Virus genome (UHGV): UHGV-0133447
Length of the DNA: 28,245 nucleotides
From: a virus
Strand: one strand, 5' to 3'
Shown in pieces: positions 14,411-22,290 of this stretch (positions are counted from its first letter, which is position 1; each line of letters starts with the position of its first letter). The notes under the pieces are model-generated. The model had not been told where the DNA came from. It did not search any database and saw only the letters and a program-made list of their open reading frames with translations. The translations under genes were made by a program, and so were the position numbers.

Positions 14411-16389
14411 GCTGCCTGCTCCTCTCTGTTCACGCACATTTCGGGTAAGTTGGCGCGTACCAGCGCTTCGGCGAACGGCGGCGGGACGGCATTGCCACAG
14501 CGCGCGACCTGCTTATCTTTCGCGTATTTCACGCCGCGGTAATCCTGGTCAATGATGTACCACTCCGGAAAGCCCTGCGCCCGATAGAGCTCGTGCGGCT
14601 GCAGCATGCGCATGCCGATATCAACGATGCGGTAAGTCACTCCGCCGATTTCCACCAGCCCGGTGCATTCCTCTCCGCAGTATTCCTGCAGGAACGACAG
14701 CACCTGCTGCGCTCGCTCTTCGTCATAGTCCTCGACCGCCAGAGTCGTTTTAACCTCCCCTACATGCTGGCCACCGGCAGTGATAGTCGGCATCGGCTCG
14801 TCAGTTCGCTGGCCATCGCGGCAGGTTCCGCGCAGCTTAACCAGATGAGAAGCGACTAATGCATGGTGATCGACAGTCGTTACTGAATGCGCTGGCTCAT
14901 CCAGCCCCACGCCAGCGCCCTGATAATTCCCTCCGTAGTGTTTTGCCAGGAACGCACCAACTACAGCATGTTTCCCGCCACCAGCCACAACGGTGCCCAG
15001 CGGCTTATCCAGTCCTGGCACGCGAGGTGCCTGTCCTGGCCGTTCCCCGTATCCCATTTGAATGAGCGTCGGCACAACCAGCTGCGATTTACCTCCGCCG
15101 CCCGCGGTGATTGTTGCGCTAGGCTCATCCGCCCGGTGTCCGATGCTGGCGCCGAACTGCCGGGCGATAACCGGAGCGACGACACAGGCGCGCGATTCTT
15201 TCAGGATGGTGTGAGCGGGTTTATCGAGCGGGCGTGGTTTAGCCTGGTACTCGCTGCCGCCATTGCCAGCCAGGAACGGCGCCAGCTCTGCTTCAACAAT
15301 ACCCAGAGCGTGACCATTCCCGCCCGGGCGTTTTGCGGTACCGGCCGTCACCGTCGGCAACGGATCGGTGACTTCCTGCCCGGTAGCTCCAGTTCGGAAT
15401 TTTGTCAGATGAGGTACCGCAATTGCGTAGCCGTGGGTTTTCGTAATCGTCTGTAGCGGATCGTCCAGCGCCTGTCCCCGGAAACAGTCGTATTTGCCGC
15501 GTGTCGTTGTGTGATTGCACTTCACGATGAACGGCGAAGCGCTTTCGATAACAAAGCGCTGAATGCCGCGGGCAATCCGTTTTAGCGTATTCTCTGCCAG
15601 TGACTTTTTGCGACCGAAGATGCTCGGCGCGGGGATTGACCAGTCTATGCATTCCGCAGCTGTACGCCACGGCTCAAGCTGGCCCGCCAGCACGGCGGCA
15701 GACTTCGGATCCCCGTGCGTGGCTTCCGGCCAGACTATCAGTTTCCCGTCCCGGCGCATCACCATGAAGAACCGCTTACGGATGGTCGGCGCGCCATAAT
15801 CGCAGGCGCGCAGCTCGCGAAAATCGACGACATAACCCAGCCCGGCAATTAAGCGCTTGGCCTGCTCGCTATCCGGTGAAAACTCCAGAAACTCGCAACA
15901 CTCCACCAGTGCAGGATGATCTGCTGGAATACCGGTGGTAAGCATCCCGACAAATGCATTGAAAGTTTCACCGATGCGTGCCGGATCCGGTCGCATTTCT
16001 GCCGCGAGTAACGGACCCCACGTCTTAAACTCTTCGACGTTTTCCAGCATCATGACTCGCGGGCCAACATCCAGCGCCCAACGAATGACGATCCATGCCA
16101 GCCCTCGAATAGCTTTCTCTACTGGTTTAGCACCTTTCGCTTTAGAAAAGTGACGACAGTCAGGCGAGAACCATGCCAGGCCGACAGGCTTGCTACTGGT
16201 AGCGGCTAATGGGGATACATCAAACACACTTTCGCAATAGTGAAGCGTGTCGGGATGGTTAGTGCGGTGCATAGCAACGGCGTTAACATCGTGGTTAATA
16301 GCGATATCAACACTGCGCCCTATTGCCAGTTCAATACCTGTACTGGCTCCACCGCCGCCAGCGAAATTATCGACAATAATCTCACGCAT
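14407..16389 (-). CDS. DNA (cytosine-5)-methyltransferase with long repeat-containing variable region
   Basis: 660 aa. DNFAGGGG (motif I), SPDCRHFS (catalytic Cys), MMLENVEEF (ENV), C-terminal QGFP and GNAV motifs. The intervening ~250 aa carries about six related modules of the form P-x-x-T-I/V-T-A-G-G. GAGGGGG RBS. Confidence 0.8.
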   Translation of the reverse strand: MREIIVDNFAGGGGASTGIELAIGRSVDIAINHDVNAVAMHRTNHPDTLHYCESVFDVSPLAATSSKPVGLAWFSPDCRHFSKAKGAKPVEKAIRGLAWIVIRWALDVGPRVMMLENVEEFKTWGPLLAAEMRPDPARIGETFNAFVGMLTTGIPADHPALVECCEFLEFSPDSEQAKRLIAGLGYVVDFRELRACDYGAPTIRKRFFMVMRRDGKLIVWPEATHGDPKSAAVLAGQLEPWRTAAECIDWSIPAPSIFGRKKSLAENTLKRIARGIQRFVIESASPFIVKCNHTTTRGKYDCFRGQALDDPLQTITKTHGYAIAVPHLTKFRTGATGQEVTDPLPTVTAGTAKRPGGNGHALGIVEAELAPFLAGNGGSEYQAKPRPLDKPAHTILKESRACVVAPVIARQFGASIGHRADEPSATITAGGGGKSQLVVPTLIQMGYGERPGQAPRVPGLDKPLGTVVAGGGKHAVVGAFLAKHYGGNYQGAGVGLDEPAHSVTTVDHHALVASHLVKLRGTCRDGQRTDEPMPTITAGGQHVGEVKTTLAVEDYDEERAQQVLSFLQEYCGEECTGLVEIGGVTYRIVDIGMRMLQPHELYRAQGFPEWYIIDQDYRGVKYAKDKQVARCGNAVPPPFAEALVRANLPEMCVNREEQAA

Positions 16390-17335
16390 GAGCGGTCCCC
16401 CTCATGCTGCCGACCAGCCCACCAGCAACGGTGATGATTTCGCTGGTGGGCACGCGCTCCAGCCACAACTGGTTAATGTGGGCCTTCAGCTTGTTCTGCT
16501 GGGAGAACTCCAGATCCTCTGCGCCTTGTACCTGTCCAAAGACGAGTCCAACTTCCAGTGGCCAGATCCGGGATTCAGGCTCAGCCAATGATGCAACAGC
16601 ATCGGGGATGATCACTTCAGGAGACTGAACTGGCGAAACTGGTGACAGGAATTTTCCTGCAGCAAACTCAGCCAGCGCCATACTTGCGCGCCCTTTTGCT
16701 TCCAGCTCAACGCGATCGATATAGCTAAAATGTTCACCGCGCCAGGTCTTATCAAATACCGCAATGGCCCCGGCAAAGAATGCGCTGGTGGGCTTCTGCT
16801 TTTCGTCGGCCGGCACAAACCACGTTGGGAGATCGAATCCAATACGACCACGAATAAACATGATGTGATCGGCATATTCCGGCCACCATGTTTCACTTGT
16901 TGCTGACTTCACGAGGTAAATGTAACGACCACCCTTTTCACGCTGCTCGGCGGTATAGTTCATAATATGAGTCATGCCAGTGATGGCTTGTTTTTCATGG
17001 TACTGCGAACGGCTATACGGCGGATTAGCAAAGGCCGCTCCTCCGAGTTCTACCAAACGACCAGACCAGTCCTGCGTCAGCGCATTATCTTCAGCGGTAT
17101 ACCATGCCGGACATTTTGTATTGCTGTCGTCTGCAAACAGGTCCAGTACCAGCGGGCCAAACATAGCGTTAACGCCCCAGAACAGCAGATCAGGGGTACG
17201 CCATTGATCCCCGACTTCTTTTAAATAATGCGCACTACGCTGGCGCTGTTCCTCAAGTGCCAGGCAATAAGGGCTGACGGTTTTTGTTAAAGTTTGCTCT
17301 TCTGCGGTCATAGCTTCTTGTACTTCCTGACTCAT
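16382..17335 (-). CDS. phage Dam-like N6-adenine DNA methyltransferase with C-terminal extension
   Basis: 317 aa. WRTPD...FANPPYS motif characteristic of the phage N6-adenine methyltransferase family (memory). AGGGGA RBS. Confidence 0.8.
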   Translation of the reverse strand: MSQEVQEAMTAEEQTLTKTVSPYCLALEEQRQRSAHYLKEVGDQWRTPDLLFWGVNAMFGPLVLDLFADDSNTKCPAWYTAEDNALTQDWSGRLVELGGAAFANPPYSRSQYHEKQAITGMTHIMNYTAEQREKGGRYIYLVKSATSETWWPEYADHIMFIRGRIGFDLPTWFVPADEKQKPTSAFFAGAIAVFDKTWRGEHFSYIDRVELEAKGRASMALAEFAAGKFLSPVSPVQSPEVIIPDAVASLAEPESRIWPLEVGLVFGQVQGAEDLEFSQQNKLKAHINQLWLERVPTSEIITVAGGLVGSMRGTAHA

Positions 17336-17513
17336 AGTTTTCCCCTGCGCTGATCAGCATCAACAAGTGCTCTCAGTAACCAGTAACGGCGATCAAAGCT
17401 GAAAAGGTCATTTCTGAGGAGTGCATATTTTCTGCGAAAAATAACGTCGTGCTGCCACCAGTAACGCCAGTGATGCAAACGCATAAGGCGCCGGAGACTT
17501 ATCAAAATCTTCT

Positions 17514-17972
17514 TCAATCGGAGCACAAGTCACCTCCGCAGTAATTTCCGGCCAGATAGCATGACCCGGCGGAATCATTCATGTTTCTGGCGTTTCGAAC
17601 AGAAGCATTCTTAAGACGCAGGTATCGCTCTCTTGCTTTAGCCGTACAGTTGCTGTCACAAAGTTGCTGCCATACCGTCGCCGCACGGCGGTAATAGCGT
17701 TTCTCTTCCAGCTTTTTGGCTGTCGCTTCAAGGGCGAGAATCTCCCCCGAAAGCCCACCTGGCAGGTACTCTTCAATATCAATGGATCCCGCTACGAAGT
17801 AGATAAACCCACCAGTAACTTCAACGCTGGCAAGTTCCCCGTCGTAGTAAAGGCGATGAACAGCGCTCTTCACTGTTACCGGTTTGGTTTCAGGAAATGC
17901 CGCAGTGATATCGCGCAGCATTTTGCCTGGATTCTTCTCAATAAATTCAAAGATCGACTTGGCTATGTTCAT
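17514..17972 (-). CDS. hypothetical protein with PerC-like C-terminal motif
   Basis: KRYYRRAATVWQQL resembles the RRAA-x-RW signature of PerC-family activators (memory, uncertain). Start overlaps the replication-protein stop (ATGA). Confidence 0.4.
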   Translation of the reverse strand: MNIAKSIFEFIEKNPGKMLRDITAAFPETKPVTVKSAVHRLYYDGELASVEVTGGFIYFVAGSIDIEEYLPGGLSGEILALEATAKKLEEKRYYRRAATVWQQLCDSNCTAKARERYLRLKNASVRNARNMNDSAGSCYLAGNYCGGDLCSD

Positions 17973-18880
17973 CCCCGGAACCCCCGTGGAATCGTGGTTT
18001 GTACTGGACTAATTGAATTAACATCCCGCGGTCTGGTTTTGTCCCACGACTCCCTTGGCGGGCGGCCTTTAGCATCCCAGCGGATGGCGCTTTGCAGATA
18101 TCCCTCGAATTTTTTAGGGCCGAAAAGTGTCTCGGGTCGCATGTACTGGTATTGCTCGTCGTTGCCATGCCAGTGCTCATGCTTGACGTCGATTACCAGA
18201 TTCAAGTCGCTAACGGTATGACCTTCGCGGAGGCGGGCGCGAATGTTCTCCAGTGAGGTCTTAGATTTCTGGTAACGGGAACCGCTGACCAGATTCAGGT
18301 GTGCCAGAACTTCGATCGCGTTATCGGTAATAACAACTTCAGGATCCGGCTTATCGTCGGGTTCCGCAGGAGCCCGACAAGAAGGTTTTTTAGATGACGG
18401 ATCTAATGACGGATCTAATGACGGATCGCCTTCAACCATTGAGGGGTCCTCCCGCAATATTTGAGGGGGTACAGACCCATTATTTGAGGCATCAGAATTT
18501 GACCCCTCAAATTTTGAACCCTCAAATTCTGAGGCATCAAATTTTGATTGTTCACGTGGCGTTGCGTAGAAGATTTTTGCTTCAGCTGCTGCACGTTCAA
18601 GCATGTCCACATTGAGTTTATAAACGTTCGAATTATTCTTTCCACCCACGCGCCGTTCCTGCTTCTTCAGCCAGCCTTTAGCCTGAAGCTTTTTGATAGC
18701 GCTGCGGACAGTATTCTCGCTCTTGGCGCCGATCTGTCGCTGAATAGTGGTTACCGCTGGCCATGACACACCTTCGTCATTACTGAAATCTGCCAGGCGA
18801 GCCATGACCGCTATTTCTGAGATTATCAGCCCTTTGAAAGCGCATGCTTCCCATACGAGGCCGTGTAATTTACTGCTCAT
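17969..18880 (-). CDS. replication initiator / replisome organiser (lambda O-like) containing the origin iterons
   Basis: N-terminal winged-HTH-like domain, low-complexity linker (DPSLDPSLDPS), conserved-looking C-terminal domain. The linker-coding DNA carries tandem and inverted short repeats. GAGGG RBS. Confidence 0.65.
   Translation of the reverse strand: MSSKLHGLVWEACAFKGLIISEIAVMARLADFSNDEGVSWPAVTTIQRQIGAKSENTVRSAIKKLQAKGWLKKQERRVGGKNNSNVYKLNVDMLERAAAEAKIFYATPREQSKFDASEFEGSKFEGSNSDASNNGSVPPQILREDPSMVEGDPSLDPSLDPSSKKPSCRAPAEPDDKPDPEVVITDNAIEVLAHLNLVSGSRYQKSKTSLENIRARLREGHTVSDLNLVIDVKHEHWHGNDEQYQYMRPETLFGPKKFEGYLQSAIRWDAKGRPPRESWDKTRPRDVNSISPVQTTIPRGFRG
18393..18540. repeat. iteron cluster (candidate origin of replication) inside the replication gene
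   Basis: Tandem 12-mers atgacggatcta (18393-18430, about 2.5 copies). Multiple ATTTGAGGG-type repeats in both orientations, e.g. tttgaggggg 18460-18469, ccctcaaatt 18503-18512 and 18519-18528, tgaggcatca twice. Confidence 0.5.
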
Positions 18881-18889
18881 GGCTGCCCT

Positions 18890-19216
18890 CTACTTCCCTG
18901 AACTTGCGTTGAAACTGATCGAGTGGGCTAAAGCACTCGTGGGAATAGCCTTCCCGCAGGTAGATGACGCGACGTGTCTCAGGCTCCCAGCGGATAACTC
19001 TGACTGGATTGCCATAGTGGTCTTTGAACTTCCGGTTAACTTCTCGCATAACGCTTTTGCCCTCCGGTTAAAGACCCCCACAACTCCGCGTGCCCGACTG
19101 TGGTTACACTCGACCCATTTACCGCATACCATGCGCTCATACCGAAACGACGAAACGCCCGGGATCGGGTACATCCGTAGTTGCGGTAATTGAAGATTTA
19201 CGATTAAATTGCTCAT
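18890..19216 (-). CDS. hypothetical protein
   Basis: ATG at 19216 with GGAG RBS; the track start at 19237 is a GTG. Lies between the CII-like and replication genes. No family recognised. Confidence 0.35.
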   Translation of the reverse strand: MSNLIVNLQLPQLRMYPIPGVSSFRYERMVCGKWVECNHSRARGVVGVFNRRAKALCEKLTGSSKTTMAIQSELSAGSLRHVASSTCGKAIPTSALAHSISFNASSGK

Positions 19217-19221
19217 GCGGA

Positions 19222-19773
19222 TTATTTCTCCATACACAAAGATTTATTCGCCACGACGCCCGGAGCTGCACACTCGCGGGCGTCACTCTTTTCTGGCTGA
19301 CAAAAGACACGGAACAGTAACGTTAAATGTTCCTGCCATTTCGCCATCACCTGATAGCTGTTCTCCTCAATTTGCTCGCGTTCTGCCTGGTCAATTACCC
19401 CATCAGCTGTAGCTTTACGCAGGTACTGCGAGTGTTTTCCTATCCACTCAATGGACTCCATAAGACGCTGGTTAATATCTGCGTTGTCCACGTCTTCAAT
19501 ATCTGCCAACGGAACAAAAACGCCGTTCGAGTGACGCGCTATAGCATTGGCAATATGATTTGACCCACCAGCACGCTGCAGCACCATTGCCCAGCCGAGA
19601 GGGAAAATCTGATCACCATCGGCACGTAAACGGTTAAACAATGCGTTTTCAGTAACGCCCAGCCACTCCGCAGCTTCCACGTAACCACCGTCCAGTTCGG
19701 TGATAGTCTTTTTAATCGCGGCCACCAGCCACGCCGGTTGCTTCTCTACTTTCCATTCAGGTTCTATACCCAC
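19222..19773 (-). CDS. CII-like / YdaT-like early regulatory protein
   Basis: GTG start with strong AGGAGG RBS. Segment ITELDGGYVEAAEWLGVTENALFNRLRADGDQIFPLGWAMVLQ matches the CP76/CII-like HTH pattern (memory). Position immediately after cro. Confidence 0.5.
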   Translation of the reverse strand: MGIEPEWKVEKQPAWLVAAIKKTITELDGGYVEAAEWLGVTENALFNRLRADGDQIFPLGWAMVLQRAGGSNHIANAIARHSNGVFVPLADIEDVDNADINQRLMESIEWIGKHSQYLRKATADGVIDQAEREQIEENSYQVMAKWQEHLTLLFRVFCQPEKSDARECAAPGVVANKSLCMEK

Positions 19774-19817
19774 GGCTTACCTCCTACTTCTGTGGTTAAC
19801 GCTGCTAAAACCAAATG

Positions 19818-20018
19818 TTATTGTTTGGAATAGATATCTGGTCGGAGATCAAACTTGGTGATCGCACCGGATGTGCTTTTTTCCAGTTTTTTTGCCAGAT
19901 CAAATCCAGCTTTTTTGTAGCCGTTAAAAACTAAACGCAGATAACCGGGTGTAGAGCCAACGTTTGCAGCTAAATTGCTCTGTTGCTCTTTAGTTAATGA
20001 ATCCCAGAACTCTTTCAT
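19818..20018 (-). CDS. cro: Cro-like repressor
   Basis: 66 aa from the ATG at 20018, preceded by AGGAGG. Divergent from cI across an operator-rich spacer. Small HTH-like protein. Confidence 0.7.
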   Translation of the reverse strand: MKEFWDSLTKEQQSNLAANVGSTPGYLRLVFNGYKKAGFDLAKKLEKSTSGAITKFDLRPDIYSKQ

Positions 20019-20029
20019 ATATGTACCTC

Positions 20030-20105
20030 CTGTGTACATATTACACGAAAGAAATGAACCTTCAAGGTACTTGTACCTTGAAGGTACACACGGTTTAATT
20101 TCAAT
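20030..20105. promoter_or_regulatory. divergent cI/cro promoter-operator region
   Basis: Palindromic operators gtaccttgaaggtac (20074-20088) and accttcaaggtac (20058-20070). Minus-strand TTGAAG-16-TAATAT promoter candidate toward cro. Plus-strand TTTAAT -10 candidate immediately before the cI ATG. Confidence 0.5.
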
Positions 20106-20780
20106 ATGAAAACAATCCAGGAAATCAGGCGGTTAAACGCCAGAAAATTGCGTGATGGTGTTGGCGGTAATATTTACTTCGCCAATATGATTGATCGCGA
20201 GCCTACTCAAACCAGCCGGTTCATGGGAGATGGCGCCACTAAAAACATCGGCGATGCAATGGCAAGGCACATTGAAAAGTGTTTTGACTTACCTACTGGG
20301 TGGTTAGATCAGGAACATCAAACCACTAATGTTGCTAAAACGCCCGATGTCTCTGATACAAATAGAAATATCACCATGGTTCCGGTTATATCCTGGGTAC
20401 AAGCAGGAGCATGGACCGAAGTTGGCTATGCTGAGGTTGATTTGAATAGCACTGAAAACTATCCATGCCCTGTGCCTTGTGGGCCGATGACTTATATTCT
20501 TCGTGTTATTGGCGACTCAATGATCGACGAATATAGGCCCGGTGATATGATTTTTGTTGATCCCGAAGTTCCAGCAGTGCATGGAGATGATGTGATCGCC
20601 TTAATGCACGCTTCTGGTGAGACTACATTTAAACGGTTGATTGAAGATGCAGGACAACGCTATCTAAAAGCACTTAACTCAAATTGGCCAGAACCTTACA
20701 TCAAAATCAATGGTAATTGCTCTATCATTGGCACCGTAATTTTTTCCGGTAAACCAAGACGATACCGAACGAAAACATAA
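20106..20780 (+). CDS. cI: CI-like phage repressor (HTH plus S24 LexA-type peptidase domain)
   Basis: 224 aa. C-terminal VIGDSMIDEYRPGDMIFVD...FKRL carries the Ser/Lys S24 signature. N-terminal HTH region. Divergent from cro. Confidence 0.9.
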   Translation: MKTIQEIRRLNARKLRDGVGGNIYFANMIDREPTQTSRFMGDGATKNIGDAMARHIEKCFDLPTGWLDQEHQTTNVAKTPDVSDTNRNITMVPVISWVQAGAWTEVGYAEVDLNSTENYPCPVPCGPMTYILRVIGDSMIDEYRPGDMIFVDPEVPAVHGDDVIALMHASGETTFKRLIEDAGQRYLKALNSNWPEPYIKINGNCSIIGTVIFSGKPRRYRTKT

Positions 20781-20794
20781 CAAAGACTATTAAA

Positions 20795-20815
20795 CCTGCT
20801 TCGGCGGGTTTTTTT
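20795..20815 (+). terminator. intrinsic terminator after cI
   Basis: cctgc-ttcg-gcggg (5-bp stem with one G-U pair, UUCG loop) followed by seven T. Confidence 0.55.
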
Positions 20816-20819
20816 ACAC

Positions 20820-20848
20820 TTGACAATGTACCTCAACGGTACATAATG
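20820..20848 (+). promoter_or_regulatory. strong sigma70-like promoter with embedded operator (PL analogue driving the early-left operon)
   Basis: TTGACA (20820-20825), 16/17-nt spacer, CATAAT/ATAATG (20842-20848). The spacer contains gtacctcaacggtac, the same GTACC-N5-GGTAC operator type as in the cI/cro region. Confidence 0.55.
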
Positions 20849-20953
20849 TACCTAAAAGAAACAGCGAACAGGCAGGACGCCCACGAAGTAGCCGCCCGGG
20901 GCATATGAAGTCCGGGATGATTCGCTGACAGATAAACCAAATAGGAACAGATC

Positions 20954-21187
20954 ATGGCAAGCAAAGGCATTGAAAACCTTATCAAGGACGCATTGGCAAA
21001 CGGCTGTCATGTAGTCCGTAAAGCGCATCGCTTCGAGGTAAGCAAGAAAGGCCAAAAATCAATCACTCTTATTATTTGTGAAGATGGCACAGCTTACCGG
21101 GGAGATATTGACCTAACGATCGCCATAGCCATTCGCACTCAAAAAGAAATGCGCAGAATCCTCGGCCTGCCAGCCAAGGCAAGTTAA
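20954..21187 (+). CDS. hypothetical early protein (77 aa)
   Basis: First ORF after the PL-like promoter; AGGA about 8 nt upstream. No family recognised. Confidence 0.45.
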   Translation: MASKGIENLIKDALANGCHVVRKAHRFEVSKKGQKSITLIICEDGTAYRGDIDLTIAIAIRTQKEMRRILGLPAKAS

Positions 21188-21900
21188 TTACCACAGGTGT
21201 CTTCGGGAGGGGTTGCGGAGCTGGATTGACCACCAGCAACAGAAACTCACCCGACATACAGCAGCCGTTTAGCCCACGGCGTCGGGGGTCCAGTAGACCT
21301 GGATTAATACTGTAGGGGTTGTGCCGGTTGGTCGCCGGCGCCCCGCCCGAAGATTCCTGATCGAACATGGCGAAAGCCGACAGCGTTGAAGGCGATTTTC
21401 TCGGTTTGCGCGCTAAACAATAGCGGGGGTGAAATCGGGGCGGAGAAGCAGAATCCGCGATGTCGGGACTTGATACTTCCGGCCAGACCAACAAGCCGAA
21501 TGATCGCGTAACGGTCCTTTGCATCTGCCCCGGCGAGGTGGCGCCGCCGGACCGGGGCAGATGAATCGTACACAACATGAAAGCGCATTCCATCTTCATC
21601 CGTCGTGGGGACTGGTTTGTAACTGAAGGAGTGCGCTTCCAGTTGTGAACGGCAATATTCACGACCGTTGTATGGCACATGCAGCGTTAGCAGCCCGGAT
21701 GGTTCCCTTGAAGTTCCATGCGCTATCCGGACAACTGGAATGTGCAAGCCAAGTGTTTCAGGCACGACGTGCGCCCCACCAGCGCGGCGAAAAGGTGTGA
21801 CCCCCGGGAAGAGTCCGGGACACAACAGGAAAGAGTACTGAAGATGCCAGGAAACGCCCTACCGCCAGGCAGATAGACGGGTTATCCCGCAAGGGGTGGC

Positions 21901-22043
21901 GGCAGTGCTCTTACCGTTGTGGTGTAGCTCAAATGGATAGAGCGCCCCTTATGTGGGGAGTTGAGCACTAACCAATGTTCGCAACACAGGTTATCTCATG
22001 CGGCCGGCCGGACGTTATGCGGGTTCAAATCCCGTCACCACAG
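21901..22043 (+). ncRNA. candidate tRNA-like structured element, copy B1
   Basis: Leader ggcagtgctcttaccgttgtggt. TGTGGTG (21918-21924) pairs with CACCACA (22036-22042). D-arm-like GCTC-AAATGGATA-GAGC. T-arm-like GCGGG-TTCAAAT-CCCGT (22019-22035). About 60 extra nt between the anticodon-like region and the T-arm. No encoded CCA. Confidence 0.3.
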
Positions 22044-22080
22044 CGCACAACGATGAGGGCATTGACGAGCAAGGCACAGA

Positions 22081-22099
22081 GTCTGGTTCGATTCCAGAC
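22081..22099 (+). other. tRNA T-arm-like hairpin (loop TTCGATT)
   Basis: gtctgg-ttcgatt-ccagac, a 6-bp stem with a loop identical to the tRNA-Thr T-loop at 8506-8581. Confidence 0.4.
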
Positions 22100-22138
22100 G
22101 CCAGGATAGCTCTATATCTGGTGATGGGCAGGGAAAAG

Positions 22139-22155
22139 GTCCGTTCGATTCGGAC
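22139..22155 (+). other. tRNA T-arm-like hairpin (loop TTCGATT)
   Basis: gtccg-ttcgatt-cggac, a 5-bp stem with the same loop sequence. Confidence 0.4.
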
Positions 22156-22158
22156 ACC

Positions 22159-22290
22159 GGCAGTGCTCTCTTCGTTGTGGTAATTGCGGCTATGCGCACG
22201 TGACGAGCCAACCCGTTCATGGAATGCGTTTCCGGGCAGTGTACGTCGCCGGTTATGGCTTAACCCGGCAGGTGGAGGCACCACCGCCAC
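22159..22290 (+). ncRNA. candidate structured element, copy B2
   Basis: Leader ggcagtgctctcttcgttgtggt matches the 21901 leader at 20 of 23 positions. gttgtgg (22173-22179) can pair with ccacaac (22284-22290). Internal cgtcgccgg motif. Confidence 0.25.

Noticed and set aside
14593-16153. Plus-strand ORFs antisense within the C5-methyltransferase gene (including 14887-15456, 189 aa)
   Set aside because: GC-rich antisense frames with Arg/Ser/Ala-rich composition; the sense ORF has clear methyltransferase motifs.
17332-17526. 64-aa minus-strand ORF between the Dam-like and PerC-like genes
   Set aside because: Trp/Arg-rich composition, no convincing RBS, and it overlaps the upstream gene end; probably a non-coding spacer.
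18393-18430. Tandem 12-mer repeats as a CRISPR array or VNTR
   Set aside because: Only about 2.5 copies with no spacer structure, and they lie in-frame inside the replication gene (encoding DPSLDPSL); more consistent with ori iterons or a low-complexity linker.
20852-21055. 67-aa minus-strand ORF overlapping the start of the 20954-21187 gene
   Set aside because: Antisense to the promoter-proximal early gene and no RBS.
21072-21825. Two long overlapping minus-strand ORFs (202 and 173 aa) in the GC-rich early-left segment
   Set aside because: Arg/Pro/Gly-rich low-complexity translations, mutually overlapping frames, antisense to the operon and no RBS; typical spurious ORFs of GC-rich non-coding DNA.
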